Shown: piece by piece, positions 17,253 through 24,448 of the stretch
Layout: the number at the start of each line of letters is the position of its first letter
Numbering within the stretch: position 1 is the first letter of the stretch
DNA from: Candidatus Moraniibacteriota bacterium
GTDB lineage: Bacteria > Patescibacteriota > Minisyncoccia > Moranbacterales > UBA9337
Reading direction: 5' to 3'
DNA: 44,097 nucleotides
NCBI GenBank assembly: GCA_038331135.1
Contig: JBBQOS010000002.1
Span: 1-44,097, forward strand
Made by a program: the position numbers and the translations under genes
Notes under the pieces: generated by a model
Database searches by the model: none
What the model was told of the DNA's origin: nothing
Seen by the model: only the letters and a program-made list of their open reading frames with translations

Positions 17253-17618
17253 ATGAATCTAGAAGAAAGAGCAAAAAAATTACAAGAAGATGTCCTATTG
17301 GGCACCATTGATTCGCTAAAAGCAGAAACAGAATCTTTGGAAAATCAGTTATCTCAGCAAAAAATAATTTTTCAAGAACAAATAGAGCAACTTCAAGCTT
17401 GCAACAATTTGCTTTTTGAACCAACCAAAGAAGCAGAATTGTCACAAGCAACCGAGGAGATAATTCAACTCAAAGAAGAATTAATTAAAAAAAATGCACA
17501 AATAAAAAAGCAAAACCAGCGAATTAAACTTCAGCTACAAGAGATTACCGAGTTCATAAACGAAAATGATAAGTTAAACCAAGAACTTATGAAATTAAAA
17601 ACGACCAGTCGAAAATAG
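17253..17618 (+). CDS. Hypothetical coiled-coil protein
   Basis: Heptad-rich sequence (LEERAKKLQEDV..LKEELIKKNAQIKKQNQRIKLQLQEI). GGAGGA lies 7 nt upstream of the ATG at 17253; the track start at 17238 sits inside that SD. Strong terminator follows. Confidence 0.5.
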   Translation: MNLEERAKKLQEDVLLGTIDSLKAETESLENQLSQQKIIFQEQIEQLQACNNLLFEPTKEAELSQATEEIIQLKEELIKKNAQIKKQNQRIKLQLQEITEFINENDKLNQELMKLKTTSRK

Positions 17619-17653
17619 GAGGTGATGCACCCCACCCTCCTATACGAAGTAAA

Positions 17654-17695
17654 AAGAGCCAGAGAAACAGCGATTTCTCATGGCTCTTATTTTTT
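17654..17695 (+). terminator. Rho-independent terminator
   Basis: 13-bp stem agagccagagaaa / tttctc(a)tggctct, then tatttttt. Confidence 0.75.
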
Positions 17696-17777
17696 CCAAG
17701 TATTTTAAAAAACCTACTTTAAAAAATAATACTAAGATATCAAATAATAAGTTATTTGTAACGAAAAAATAATCCAC

Positions 17778-17822
17778 AAAAAAAAGATGACCACGCCTAT
17801 CTTTTAGTTAGTGTGGTCATCT
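17778..17822 (-). terminator. Terminator of the lysine-rich gene
   Basis: 10-bp stem agatgaccac/gtggtcatct; T-run on the minus strand (A8 on plus at 17778-17785); 11 nt after the TAA at 17836..17834. Confidence 0.6.
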
Positions 17823-17833
17823 AATTTTTACCT

Positions 17834-18004
17834 TTATTTCTTTTTTGTTTTTTTAGCTGTTGTTTTTTTAGCTACTTTTTTTACAGCTTTTTTAACTGTT
17901 TTTTTAGTTGCTTTTTTAGCTGTTTTTTTCTTAGCTACTTTTTTTACAACTTTTTTCACAGCTTTTTTAACTGTTTTTTTAGTTGCTTTTTTCTTTGTTG
18001 CCAT
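17834..18004 (-). CDS. Lysine/alanine-rich histone H1-like small basic protein (56 aa; not in the ORF track)
   Basis: ATG 18004..18002 to TAA 17836..17834, translated codon by codon: MATKKKATKKTVKKAVKKVVKKVAKKKTAKKATKKTVKKAVKKVAKKTTAKKTKKK. Has its own terminator and duplicated upstream promoters. The 68-aa plus-strand ORF is its poly-Phe antisense shadow. Confidence 0.6.
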   Translation of the reverse strand: MATKKKATKKTVKKAVKKVVKKVAKKKTAKKATKKTVKKAVKKVAKKTTAKKTKKK

Positions 18005-18100
18005 ATTTTTATTTTAGGCTAGCCAGCGATTTCTCACTGGATTATTTTTTTATTTTTAACTGAGAAGTCCGACCGCTTCCCACATATTTCTTTTGTATAT

Positions 18101-18254
18101 TTTTATTATACAACAATAAAAAATTTATACAACTATTTTTTTGAAAACTTTTTTTATTTTTTCTAAAAAATATTTTCTAAATATTTTTATCTACTTTTAT
18201 TATACAACAATAAAAAATTTATACAATAGTTTTTTTATTTTCTAAAAAATATTT
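18101..18254 (-). repeat. About 94-bp tandem duplication carrying two copies of a TTGTAT-16-TATAAT promoter
   Basis: Identical 32-mers ttttattatacaacaataaaaaatttatacaa at 18101-18132 and 18195-18226. The second shared block tttttttatttt(tt)ctaaaaaatatttt follows each. On the minus strand each 32-mer reads TTGTAT-16 nt-TATAAT. Confidence 0.7.
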
Positions 18255-18311
18255 TAAGAAATTATTTTTATTTTAAAATTTTATTATAATTATTTTTTAA
18301 AAATAACAAAT

Positions 18312-18340
18312 AAAAAAACTCTTCTCAATTTATGAAGAGC
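18312..18340 (-). terminator. Terminator of the DUF3467 gene
   Basis: Stem ctcttc/gaagag; A7 on plus (T-run on minus). Confidence 0.55.
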
Positions 18341-18411
18341 AAAAAATATTTTTTAATTTAAGATTTTACATCTTCAACAATTCAAACAGCTACGATACTT
18401 AGAACATCCTA

Positions 18412-18708
18412 TTATCCCCTAAAGCCAATTTCATTTTTTGGTGCATCAGCTATTTCTATTTTTCCAAATTGATCTTCATATTTTTTTAAGTTCTCATCCA
18501 TAGCTTTCATCATTCTTTTAAAGTGCCCAGGAGAAACAATCATTCGAGAATTTAAAGTTCCTGTCGGTGGAAAAATATTTAAAAAATCTAAAACAAATTC
18601 TTCTTTAGTGTGTAGTATTTGCATTACATTAGAATACTCTCCTTTTAATTTTTCATCAGTGGCTTTGATTTGGACTTGTGGTTGTTGATTTTGGTTTGAT
18701 TGATTCAT
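18412..18708 (-). CDS. DUF3467 domain protein
   Basis: 98 aa. YSNVMQILHTKEEFVLDFLNIFPP...SRMIVSPGHFKRMMKAMDENLKKYEDQFGKI matches the DUF3467 pattern as I remember it. Confidence 0.65.
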   Translation of the reverse strand: MNQSNQNQQPQVQIKATDEKLKGEYSNVMQILHTKEEFVLDFLNIFPPTGTLNSRMIVSPGHFKRMMKAMDENLKKYEDQFGKIEIADAPKNEIGFRG

Positions 18709-19079
18709 ACAATTTATATTGTTAAATAGTTAAATTATTATATTGTTTTTTATCTCGTCCTCCCGCTCGCCTGCCCCGTCAGATATTATTCCAATGTGAG
18801 GTACTCAAGAAAATATATATACCTCTTTCCCCTCCTCTTTGTACTCAAGGGGGAGGCTGGGAGGGGGTTTCTTTTGCCATCGTGACAAAAACAAACCCCA
18901 GAAATTCTAGTACAATCAAAAGCCTTTTCAAGATTAACTTTCTTTCCTTGCCCCACATGAACAACCGCTTTATCGCGCATTTCTTTTATTTTATTAGCAG
19001 AGGTCTGCCTAGTGGTAAAAACAATCACATCACCTTCACCTTTATCAAAAAAATCTCCATTTAATTTTTTATTTTAACT

Positions 19080-19342
19080 TTAATACCCTCGTCTATCTCT
19101 CCTTTTATTATACAACCTTTCTGTGAATCCGCCCTCATTCAAAAGCTCCCGCTCAAGTTTTTTTAATTGTTGATCTAGCAAATAATTAAATTAGTTTGAT
19201 GAATTATGCAAATTAACATATTAGCTCCCTGCTCTCCATTTTTCAGATAAGACCTATAGGACGCATAGGACAAATTTCCATAACAAAGATTTCTAACTTT
19301 TTTTGCTTCGATATCTTCCTTTGTCCAAGCTCTAAATTTATT
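19080..19342 (-). pseudogene. Fragment of a four-helix-bundle-suffix-domain gene (N-terminally truncated, one frameshift)
   Basis: Two minus-strand frames: ..RAWTKEDIEAKKVRNLCYGNLSYASYRSYLKNGEQGANMLICIIHQTNLIIC* then FNYLLDQQLKKLERELLNEGGFTERLYNKRRDRRGY*. Intact family members read ..LICLIHQTNYLLDQQL..LE..F..EGGFTERLY. The frames join with a 1-nt indel near 19186-19192. No start codon. Confidence 0.55.
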
Positions 19343-19343
19343 T

Positions 19344-19375
19344 CAAAAAAAAGCGGGACGAATAAACGTCCCGCT
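19344..19375 (-). terminator. dnaK terminator
   Basis: 8-bp GC stem gcgggacg/cgtcccgc; T8 on the minus strand; 8 nt after the dnaK stop. Confidence 0.8.
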
Positions 19376-19382
19376 AATTAAA

Positions 19383-21350
19383 TTATTTCTTTGTTTCTTC
19401 ATCTTTAGATGACTGGGATTTATCTTCTTCCTTTTTATCCCCTTCTTTCTTATCATCCTCTTTTTTTGGTTCTGTCTCGGCGTCTTTTACTTCTCCTTCT
19501 TTCTTTGTTTCGTCCGTAGCTTCAGCGGAGGGCTCTGGCTGAGCGGCCTTATAAAGCTCTTCGCCAATCTTTTGCGCTTCGGTTGAAAATTCTTCCGTCG
19601 CTTTCTTTATTTCTTCAGTAGTAGATTCCTCTTTTTTCAAAACTTCTTTAAGCGCTTCCATTTTTTCAACGACTGGTTTCTTTTTATCTTCAGAAATTTT
19701 CTCGCCTGATTCTCTTAGCGCTTTCTCAGTAGAATAAACCAAGCTCTCGGCAATATTTTTTGCTTCTACTTTTTCTTTACGCTTCTTATCTTCTTCGGCA
19801 TGATCCTCAGCATCTTTTTTCATTCTTTCAATTTCTTCTTTACTTACCCCACTAGAAGCTTCGATGCGAATAGATTGCTCTTTGCCAGTCGCTTTATCTT
19901 TGGCACTCACACTTAAAATTCCATTAGCATCAATATCAAAAGTTACTTCTACTTGTGGAATTCCACGCGGAGACGGAGCGATACCGTCCAAAATAAATCT
20001 GCCCAAAGTTTTATTCCCCTGCGCAATTTCTCTCTCTCCTTGGAGCACATGAATCTCTACGCTAGGTTGATTGTCAGCTGCGGTAGAAAATATTTGTGAT
20101 TTCTTGGTTGGCACAGTTGTGTTTCTTTCGATAAGTGCAGTAGAAACTCCTCCCATTGTCTCAATTCCCAAAGTCAACGGAGTTACGTCTAGAAGTAAAA
20201 CATCTTTAACATCTCCCGCCAATACACCTCCCTGAATTGCAGCTCCCATCGCTACAACTTCATCAGGATTTACACTTGAATTTGGTTTCTTGCCAAAAAA
20301 TTCTTCAACTTTCTTTTGCACCAAAGGCATACGAGTCATTCCTCCTACCATCACGATTTCATTGATATCTTTGGTTTCAAGTTTTGCATCCTTTAAAGCT
20401 TTTTTAACCGGCTCCATCGTGCGAGCCACCAAATCTCCCACCAATTCTTCCATTTTAGAACGAGAAATTTTCATCACCAAATGCTTGGGACCATTAGCAT
20501 CTGTGGTAATAAAAGGTTGATTGATTTCAGTTTCCTGCGCAGTCGAAAGTTCAATCTTAGCTTTTTCAGCCGACTCTTTAATTCTCTGCAAAGCTAAATT
20601 ATCTTTGCTCAAATCAATGCCTTCTTGTTTTTTGAACTCATCAATGATCCAGTTAATTAAAACTTGATCAAAATCATCTCCTCCCAAATGAGTATCTCCA
20701 TTAGTTGAGATTACTTCTACGGTGTCATCGCCAACTTCCAAAATACTAATATCAAAAGTTCCACCCCCCAAATCATACACGGCAATTTTTTCATTTTTCT
20801 TTTTATCAAATCCATAAGCCAGAGCAGCGGCAGTTGGTTCATTGATAATTCTTTTTACTTTTAATCCGGCGATTTCTCCAGCTTCTTTGGTTTCTTTTCT
20901 TTGAGAATCATCAAAATAGGCCGGCACGGTAATCACTGCTTCTTCAATTTTCTCTCCCAATTTTTCCTCAGCGTCCGCTTTGAGTTTTTGCAAAACCATC
21001 GCCGAAATTTCGCGAGGAGTATATTCTTTATCTCCCATTTTTACATTAATTCCACCGTTTGCTGCTTTGGAAATTTTATATGGCATCAATTTAATATCCT
21101 CTTGAACATCTTTGTCATCAAACTTTCTTCCAATGAGTCGCTTAATAGAAAACAAAGTGTTTTCGTGATTGGTCACCGCTTGTCTCTTAGCAAGAAGTCC
21201 CACTAATCTTTCTCCATTTTTGCTTACGGCAATCATTGAAGGAGTGGTTCTGTTACCTTCCTTATTTTCAATGATTTCTGGTTTACCACCTTGAATAATT
21301 GACATAGCACTGTTAGTGGTGCCTAAATCGATTCCTAATATTTTACCCAT
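19383..21350 (-). CDS. dnaK: Molecular chaperone DnaK (Hsp70)
   Basis: 655 aa. [29 protein letters not shown]; Lys/Glu-rich C-terminal tail. Confidence 0.97.
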   Translation of the reverse strand: MGKILGIDLGTTNSAMSIIQGGKPEIIENKEGNRTTPSMIAVSKNGERLVGLLAKRQAVTNHENTLFSIKRLIGRKFDDKDVQEDIKLMPYKISKAANGGINVKMGDKEYTPREISAMVLQKLKADAEEKLGEKIEEAVITVPAYFDDSQRKETKEAGEIAGLKVKRIINEPTAAALAYGFDKKKNEKIAVYDLGGGTFDISILEVGDDTVEVISTNGDTHLGGDDFDQVLINWIIDEFKKQEGIDLSKDNLALQRIKESAEKAKIELSTAQETEINQPFITTDANGPKHLVMKISRSKMEELVGDLVARTMEPVKKALKDAKLETKDINEIVMVGGMTRMPLVQKKVEEFFGKKPNSSVNPDEVVAMGAAIQGGVLAGDVKDVLLLDVTPLTLGIETMGGVSTALIERNTTVPTKKSQIFSTAADNQPSVEIHVLQGEREIAQGNKTLGRFILDGIAPSPRGIPQVEVTFDIDANGILSVSAKDKATGKEQSIRIEASSGVSKEEIERMKKDAEDHAEEDKKRKEKVEAKNIAESLVYSTEKALRESGEKISEDKKKPVVEKMEALKEVLKKEESTTEEIKKATEEFSTEAQKIGEELYKAAQPEPSAEATDETKKEGEVKDAETEPKKEDDKKEGDKKEEDKSQSSKDEETKK

Positions 21351-21431
21351 ATTTTTTTAGCTTTTATTTAATTATCTTTTTAGTTAATTAAATAAAATCT
21401 TACTACTTAATTATTTAAATTATTGAATCAT

Positions 21432-21460
21432 TTGACTTTTTGAGTAATATATGCTAAGTT
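21432..21460 (+). promoter_or_regulatory. Plus-strand promoter inside the grpE-dnaK spacer (TTGACT-17-TGcTAAGTT)
   Basis: TTGACT 21432-21437, 17-nt spacer ending TGC, TAAGTT 21455-21460. Confidence 0.45.
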
Positions 21461-21466
21461 CTAGGT

Positions 21467-21648
21467 ATAAGAACTGAGCGGACTACTAGATATGGTGAGA
21501 TCATCTCTGGAATGCCATCTCTAAGGACTTCTGCTCAGCCACTCTTTACACTACCCCCCCCTAGTAAAAAATTTCTTGCTTTCCCTTACGGAAAGAATCA
21601 ATATCATTTGATACACAACAAGAAAATTTACTACGGGGGCTTTTTTTA
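21467..21648 (+). ncRNA. Candidate structured RNA antisense to the grpE-dnaK junction (about 180 nt)
   Basis: Promoter upstream. Hairpin 1 is closed by CTGAGC (21473-21478) and GCTCAG (21532-21537). Hairpin 2 has an approximately 20-bp stem cccccctagtaaaaaatttcttg (21555-21577) / caagaaaatttactacggggg (21618-21638), followed by cttttttt only on the plus strand. GC visibly above local background. The only ORF is a low-complexity 61 aa running into grpE. Confidence 0.3.
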
Positions 21649-22581
21649 TTCCACAATTACTCGAGAGGCACGAATCACCTTTTCTCCAATCTTGTAACCC
21701 CGCAAAATCACTTTCTTTATTTTATTTTTAAATTTCTTCTTCTCTTTGCATTTATCATCTAGACATTTCTCATCATGGCAACAGCTATCCGAGACTGCTT
21801 CACAATATTTAGTATCAAAATTATCTCCTTCTTTTAAATTAATTTCTTCCACCCCGTTTTCTGTCAGCACATTTTCCAGTTGTTTTTGGATATACATTAT
21901 TCCAGTCACCCACGGATTATCTTTTTGATCTTCGGGAATGTGTGCGGTAGAAGTTTGGAAATTATCAATTACGGGAATTATCTGCATTACGATATTTTCA
22001 GTCGCATAACGGATTCTATCTTTTTGACTTTCGGCTTGCATTTTTTTATAATTTTCAAATTCTGCTAAGCTTCTTTTCCAACCATCCAGCGCCATTTCCA
22101 TTTCCAGATATTTTTTGGCTGCCTTTATCGTTTCCATTTTTTCTTCTTCGAATCCATCACCTGTATTTAATTTATTTATCGCCTCATCAAAACTTAACCA
22201 CTCATACTCGCTATGCTCACGAGGATTCAATCTTATCTCACCTCCGTTGTAATAGACTATGAATCTCAAAGCCTTTAAGCTATCCAATTTTTCATGACCT
22301 TTTGGATATTCACTTATCCTAATAACTGCTCCGATTTCTATATTATCTAAACCTAATTCTTCTTTTATCTCTCTCTGAAGGGAATTATGAGATGTTTCTC
22401 CTTTTTCCATTCCCCCTCCGGGCAAATCATATTTAGAACTATTGGTTATTTCTTTATCGGCTCTTTTAAGCAGCAAAACTTTATTCTCTTTATCAACTAC
22501 AACTGCTTTAATCGTTAATTGCATCGGCCAACCTTTTCCAATCTCTATTTCAATTTCTTCTTTTTTATTTTCCTTTTTCAT
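21646..22581 (-). CDS. grpE: Nudix hydrolase-GrpE fusion protein
   Basis: 311 aa. Residues about 20-145 carry a Nudix box GGGMEKGETSHNSLQREIKEELGL. Residues about 160-311 are GrpE (WKRSLAEFENYKKMQAESQKD..IIPVIDNFQ..GDNFDTKY.EAV..ILRGYKIGEKVIRASRVIV) with a Cys-rich insert SDSCCHDEKCLDDKCKEKKKFKNK. Confidence 0.8.
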   Translation of the reverse strand: MKKENKKEEIEIEIGKGWPMQLTIKAVVVDKENKVLLLKRADKEITNSSKYDLPGGGMEKGETSHNSLQREIKEELGLDNIEIGAVIRISEYPKGHEKLDSLKALRFIVYYNGGEIRLNPREHSEYEWLSFDEAINKLNTGDGFEEEKMETIKAAKKYLEMEMALDGWKRSLAEFENYKKMQAESQKDRIRYATENIVMQIIPVIDNFQTSTAHIPEDQKDNPWVTGIMYIQKQLENVLTENGVEEINLKEGDNFDTKYCEAVSDSCCHDEKCLDDKCKEKKKFKNKIKKVILRGYKIGEKVIRASRVIVE

Positions 22582-22616
22582 AATTCATAATTCTTAATTC
22601 TTAATTCTTAATTCTA
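22582..22616 (-). repeat. Five tandem heptamers filling the hrcA-grpE spacer
   Basis: Plus strand AATTCAT AATTCTT AATTCTT AATTCTT AATTCTA starting 1 nt after the grpE start codon. The spacer is 46 nt in total. Confidence 0.9.
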
Positions 22617-22627
22617 TAAAACAAAAT

Positions 22628-23386
22628 TTACCAAATCAGAAAAGTACATCCATTTACGACCAATATCGTTACACCTACAGAACCCATCATCTTTTTAATA
22701 TATTCAATCAACGATTTATTCTTGGCATATTTCATCCGCTTGGGACCAATTAAGGCCAATACTCCCCGCTGTCCATTTTTTAATTTGTAGGGCGAAACAA
22801 TCATCGAACAACTAGAAATTTTGCTAACTGGATTTTCGGCTCCGATAAATATTTTAGTCTCTCCTTCTTTTATCTCTTTTACAATCTTATCAAACATTTC
22901 GTCTATATAGTCCATGGTTTCAGTAAGACGACAAATTTCATCCAATTTTTGAAATTCCGGTTCACTCAAGAGATCTCGCATTCCAAAATCATCAAATTCA
23001 TCTTTATCTAACATTCCACCAATAGCTAGATTTCCCGTTATTCCCGAAAGCAACTTGGCACTCGTTCGAGAAAGACGCATATTTTTGGCTTTCAGTTTCA
23101 GTAATTCTTCCTGTAATTTTAGCTGCTCTTTTTTACTCAACTCTTTATCTTTCATTATTTCTTCTACAAAATAACGATAACCTTTATCAGTCGGGATTCT
23201 ACCGGCACTAATATGAGGCTGATACAAATAACCCATTTCTTCCAATTCTGACATTTCATTTCTAATTGTGGCACTACTAGCATCAACTCTATACTTTTCT
23301 ACCAAAATTTTTGAACCTATAGGAACGGCAGTCGAAGTATATTCTTCAACAATGCACTCTAAAATTTTTTGCTGCCTAGTATTCAT
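22628..23386 (-). CDS. hrcA: Heat-inducible transcription repressor HrcA (short form)
   Basis: MNTRQQKILECIVEEYTSTAVPIGSKIL...ATIRNEMSELEEMGYLYQPHISAGRIPTDKGYRYFV. The track ORF begins 7 codons earlier (23407) at an ATG that is part of an ATTGTTAC ATTGTTAA repeat. Confidence 0.85.
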   Translation of the reverse strand: MNTRQQKILECIVEEYTSTAVPIGSKILVEKYRVDASSATIRNEMSELEEMGYLYQPHISAGRIPTDKGYRYFVEEIMKDKELSKKEQLKLQEELLKLKAKNMRLSRTSAKLLSGITGNLAIGGMLDKDEFDDFGMRDLLSEPEFQKLDEICRLTETMDYIDEMFDKIVKEIKEGETKIFIGAENPVSKISSCSMIVSPYKLKNGQRGVLALIGPKRMKYAKNKSLIEYIKKMMGSVGVTILVVNGCTFLIW

Positions 23387-23436
23387 ATATTCTTTATTAC
23401 CAAACATTTAACAATGTAACAATTTTCTATAATTTA

Positions 23437-23445
23437 ATTATAACA
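23437..23445 (-). promoter_or_regulatory. Extended -10 (TGtTATAAT) of the hrcA-grpE-dnaK operon
   Basis: Minus strand ttTGTTATAAT. The CIRCE right half sits where a -35 would be. Confidence 0.5.
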
Positions 23446-23450
23446 AAAAA

Positions 23451-23477
23451 TTAGCACTCGTCAAGTGCGAGTGCTAA
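23451..23477. promoter_or_regulatory. CIRCE operator (HrcA binding site)
   Basis: Perfect consensus TTAGCACTC-gtcaagtgc-GAGTGCTAA, 65 nt upstream of the hrcA start. Confidence 0.92.
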
Positions 23478-23542
23478 CTGATTACTATCAGCATCAGAAT
23501 ATCAACCTATTGAATTATATATACCTGCAAATAATAAACGCT

Positions 23543-24283
23543 TTAGATACCTGTTCTCCTTATCATCTGGGCAACCACCAACGCCTTAGCATGATGATCG
23601 CCGAATCTATTTATTTTTATCTCTTCTATTTCATCCCCATATCGTAATCTAAACGATATCCCAGTTGCTTCTTTTTTAATTCCTTCTATGCTTCCATTAA
23701 TTTCAGACGAATTGATTCCGAAATAAAGAACGGGCACTTTGGAATATTTTTTTAAACTTCTAACTTTTTCATTATCCCAATTTAAAATAAGTCTTCCTCC
23801 TTTTTTAACATTTTTTGCCAAATAAATATATTCACTTACCAATTTATCCATTCCTGAAAATGATTCTATATAACGCTGATTAATTTCCGTCACGATTGCT
23901 ACTTTTGGGTTTACCAATGAAAGCAAATAACGCATATCTCCTTTTTGCGCCACCCCCAATTCCAACACCAAATATTTAGGAAAATTATTTTGAAAAATTG
24001 ATTTAGCCGCACTCACAATAACAGGCAACCATCTCCGATAAGAATTATATCCACTCTCCATATTTAAAATCGCTAGAGGCAACCCAATTTCTGTATTAAA
24101 ATTTTTAGGATTAGCGCGAACGGTTTTTCCCTGAGCTTCCAAAACTCTTCTAATCTCGTCTCTCACAAAAGATTTATTTACACTTCCGCTGATGGCGATA
24201 ACGATTGGACGATGTACCCACAAAACTATTTTAACAATAATTTTAAGATAATATTGTAGTATAATTTTAAAAATTTTTTTCAT
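23543..24283 (-). CDS. Mur ligase family paralog: short (no C-terminal domain), with degenerate catalytic motifs
   Basis: 246 aa, collinear with the first ~245 residues of the MurF at 2486-3787, including the same hydrophobic insertion. P-loop is ISGSVNKS (GK replaced by NK). TEINQRYIE replaces TNISSSHLE. Ends where the C-terminal domain would begin. Confidence 0.6.
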   Translation of the reverse strand: MKKIFKIILQYYLKIIVKIVLWVHRPIVIAISGSVNKSFVRDEIRRVLEAQGKTVRANPKNFNTEIGLPLAILNMESGYNSYRRWLPVIVSAAKSIFQNNFPKYLVLELGVAQKGDMRYLLSLVNPKVAIVTEINQRYIESFSGMDKLVSEYIYLAKNVKKGGRLILNWDNEKVRSLKKYSKVPVLYFGINSSEINGSIEGIKKEATGISFRLRYGDEIEEIKINRFGDHHAKALVVAQMIRRTGI

Positions 24284-24448
24284 AAGGCAAGCATACTAGC
24301 ACGTTAGCATATCAACGTATTAACATTTTAGCATTAAAACAATTTAACAACATAGCCCTGTAATAATTTTATTCATTCACATATTTTCAAACTTCCAGAT
24401 TTCCAAATTCATACTTTACAAACCTTAGGAACCTTACAAGCTTTATAA
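24284..24448 (-). repeat. 165-nt spacer with 8-bp periodicity throughout (21 octamers including the start codon)
   Basis: Plus strand from 24281: CATAAGGC AAGCATAC TAGCACGT TAGCATAT CAACGTAT TAACATTT TAGCATTA AAACAATT TAACAACA TAGCCCTG TAATAATT ... TTCCAGAT TTCCAAAT TCATACTT TACAAACC TTAGGAAC CTTACAAG CTTTATAA. Confidence 0.8.

Noticed and set aside
17811-18017. 68-aa plus-strand ORF (MWSSNFYLYFFFVFLAVVFLATFF...) from the track.
   Set aside because: It is a poly-Phe/Leu/Val mirror image of the AAA/AAG/GCT-rich minus-strand gene. It starts with GTG inside a terminator hairpin. The minus-strand lysine-rich ORF has an ATG, its own terminator and upstream promoters.
18040-18400. AT-rich repeat-containing spacer as a replication origin.
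   Set aside because: There is no cluster of DnaA boxes; only one 8/9 match, TAATCCACA, near 17770. There is no dnaA/dnaN nearby. The repeats read well as promoters for the downstream gene.
18786-19028. 80-aa minus-strand ORF between DUF3467 and the four-helix-bundle-suffix relic.
   Set aside because: It has no promoter or start context, its C-terminus is translated from a GC hairpin repeat (..NPLPASPLSTKRRGK..), and I recognise no family. It is probably decayed or non-coding.
21512-21697. 61-aa plus-strand ORF in the grpE-dnaK spacer.
   Set aside because: It spans the long hairpin and runs into the antisense of grpE. Its peptide is low-complexity and it has no SD. The region is better explained as structured RNA.
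24296-24312. TTAGCAC words inside the octamer arrays (also 25657-25670 and 25712-25720) as extra CIRCE/HrcA sites, given the proximity to hrcA.
   Set aside because: Only the 7-nt half-site is present. There is no GAGTGCTAA partner at the required 9-nt spacing. The word is simply one variant of the NTGCTAAN octamer.
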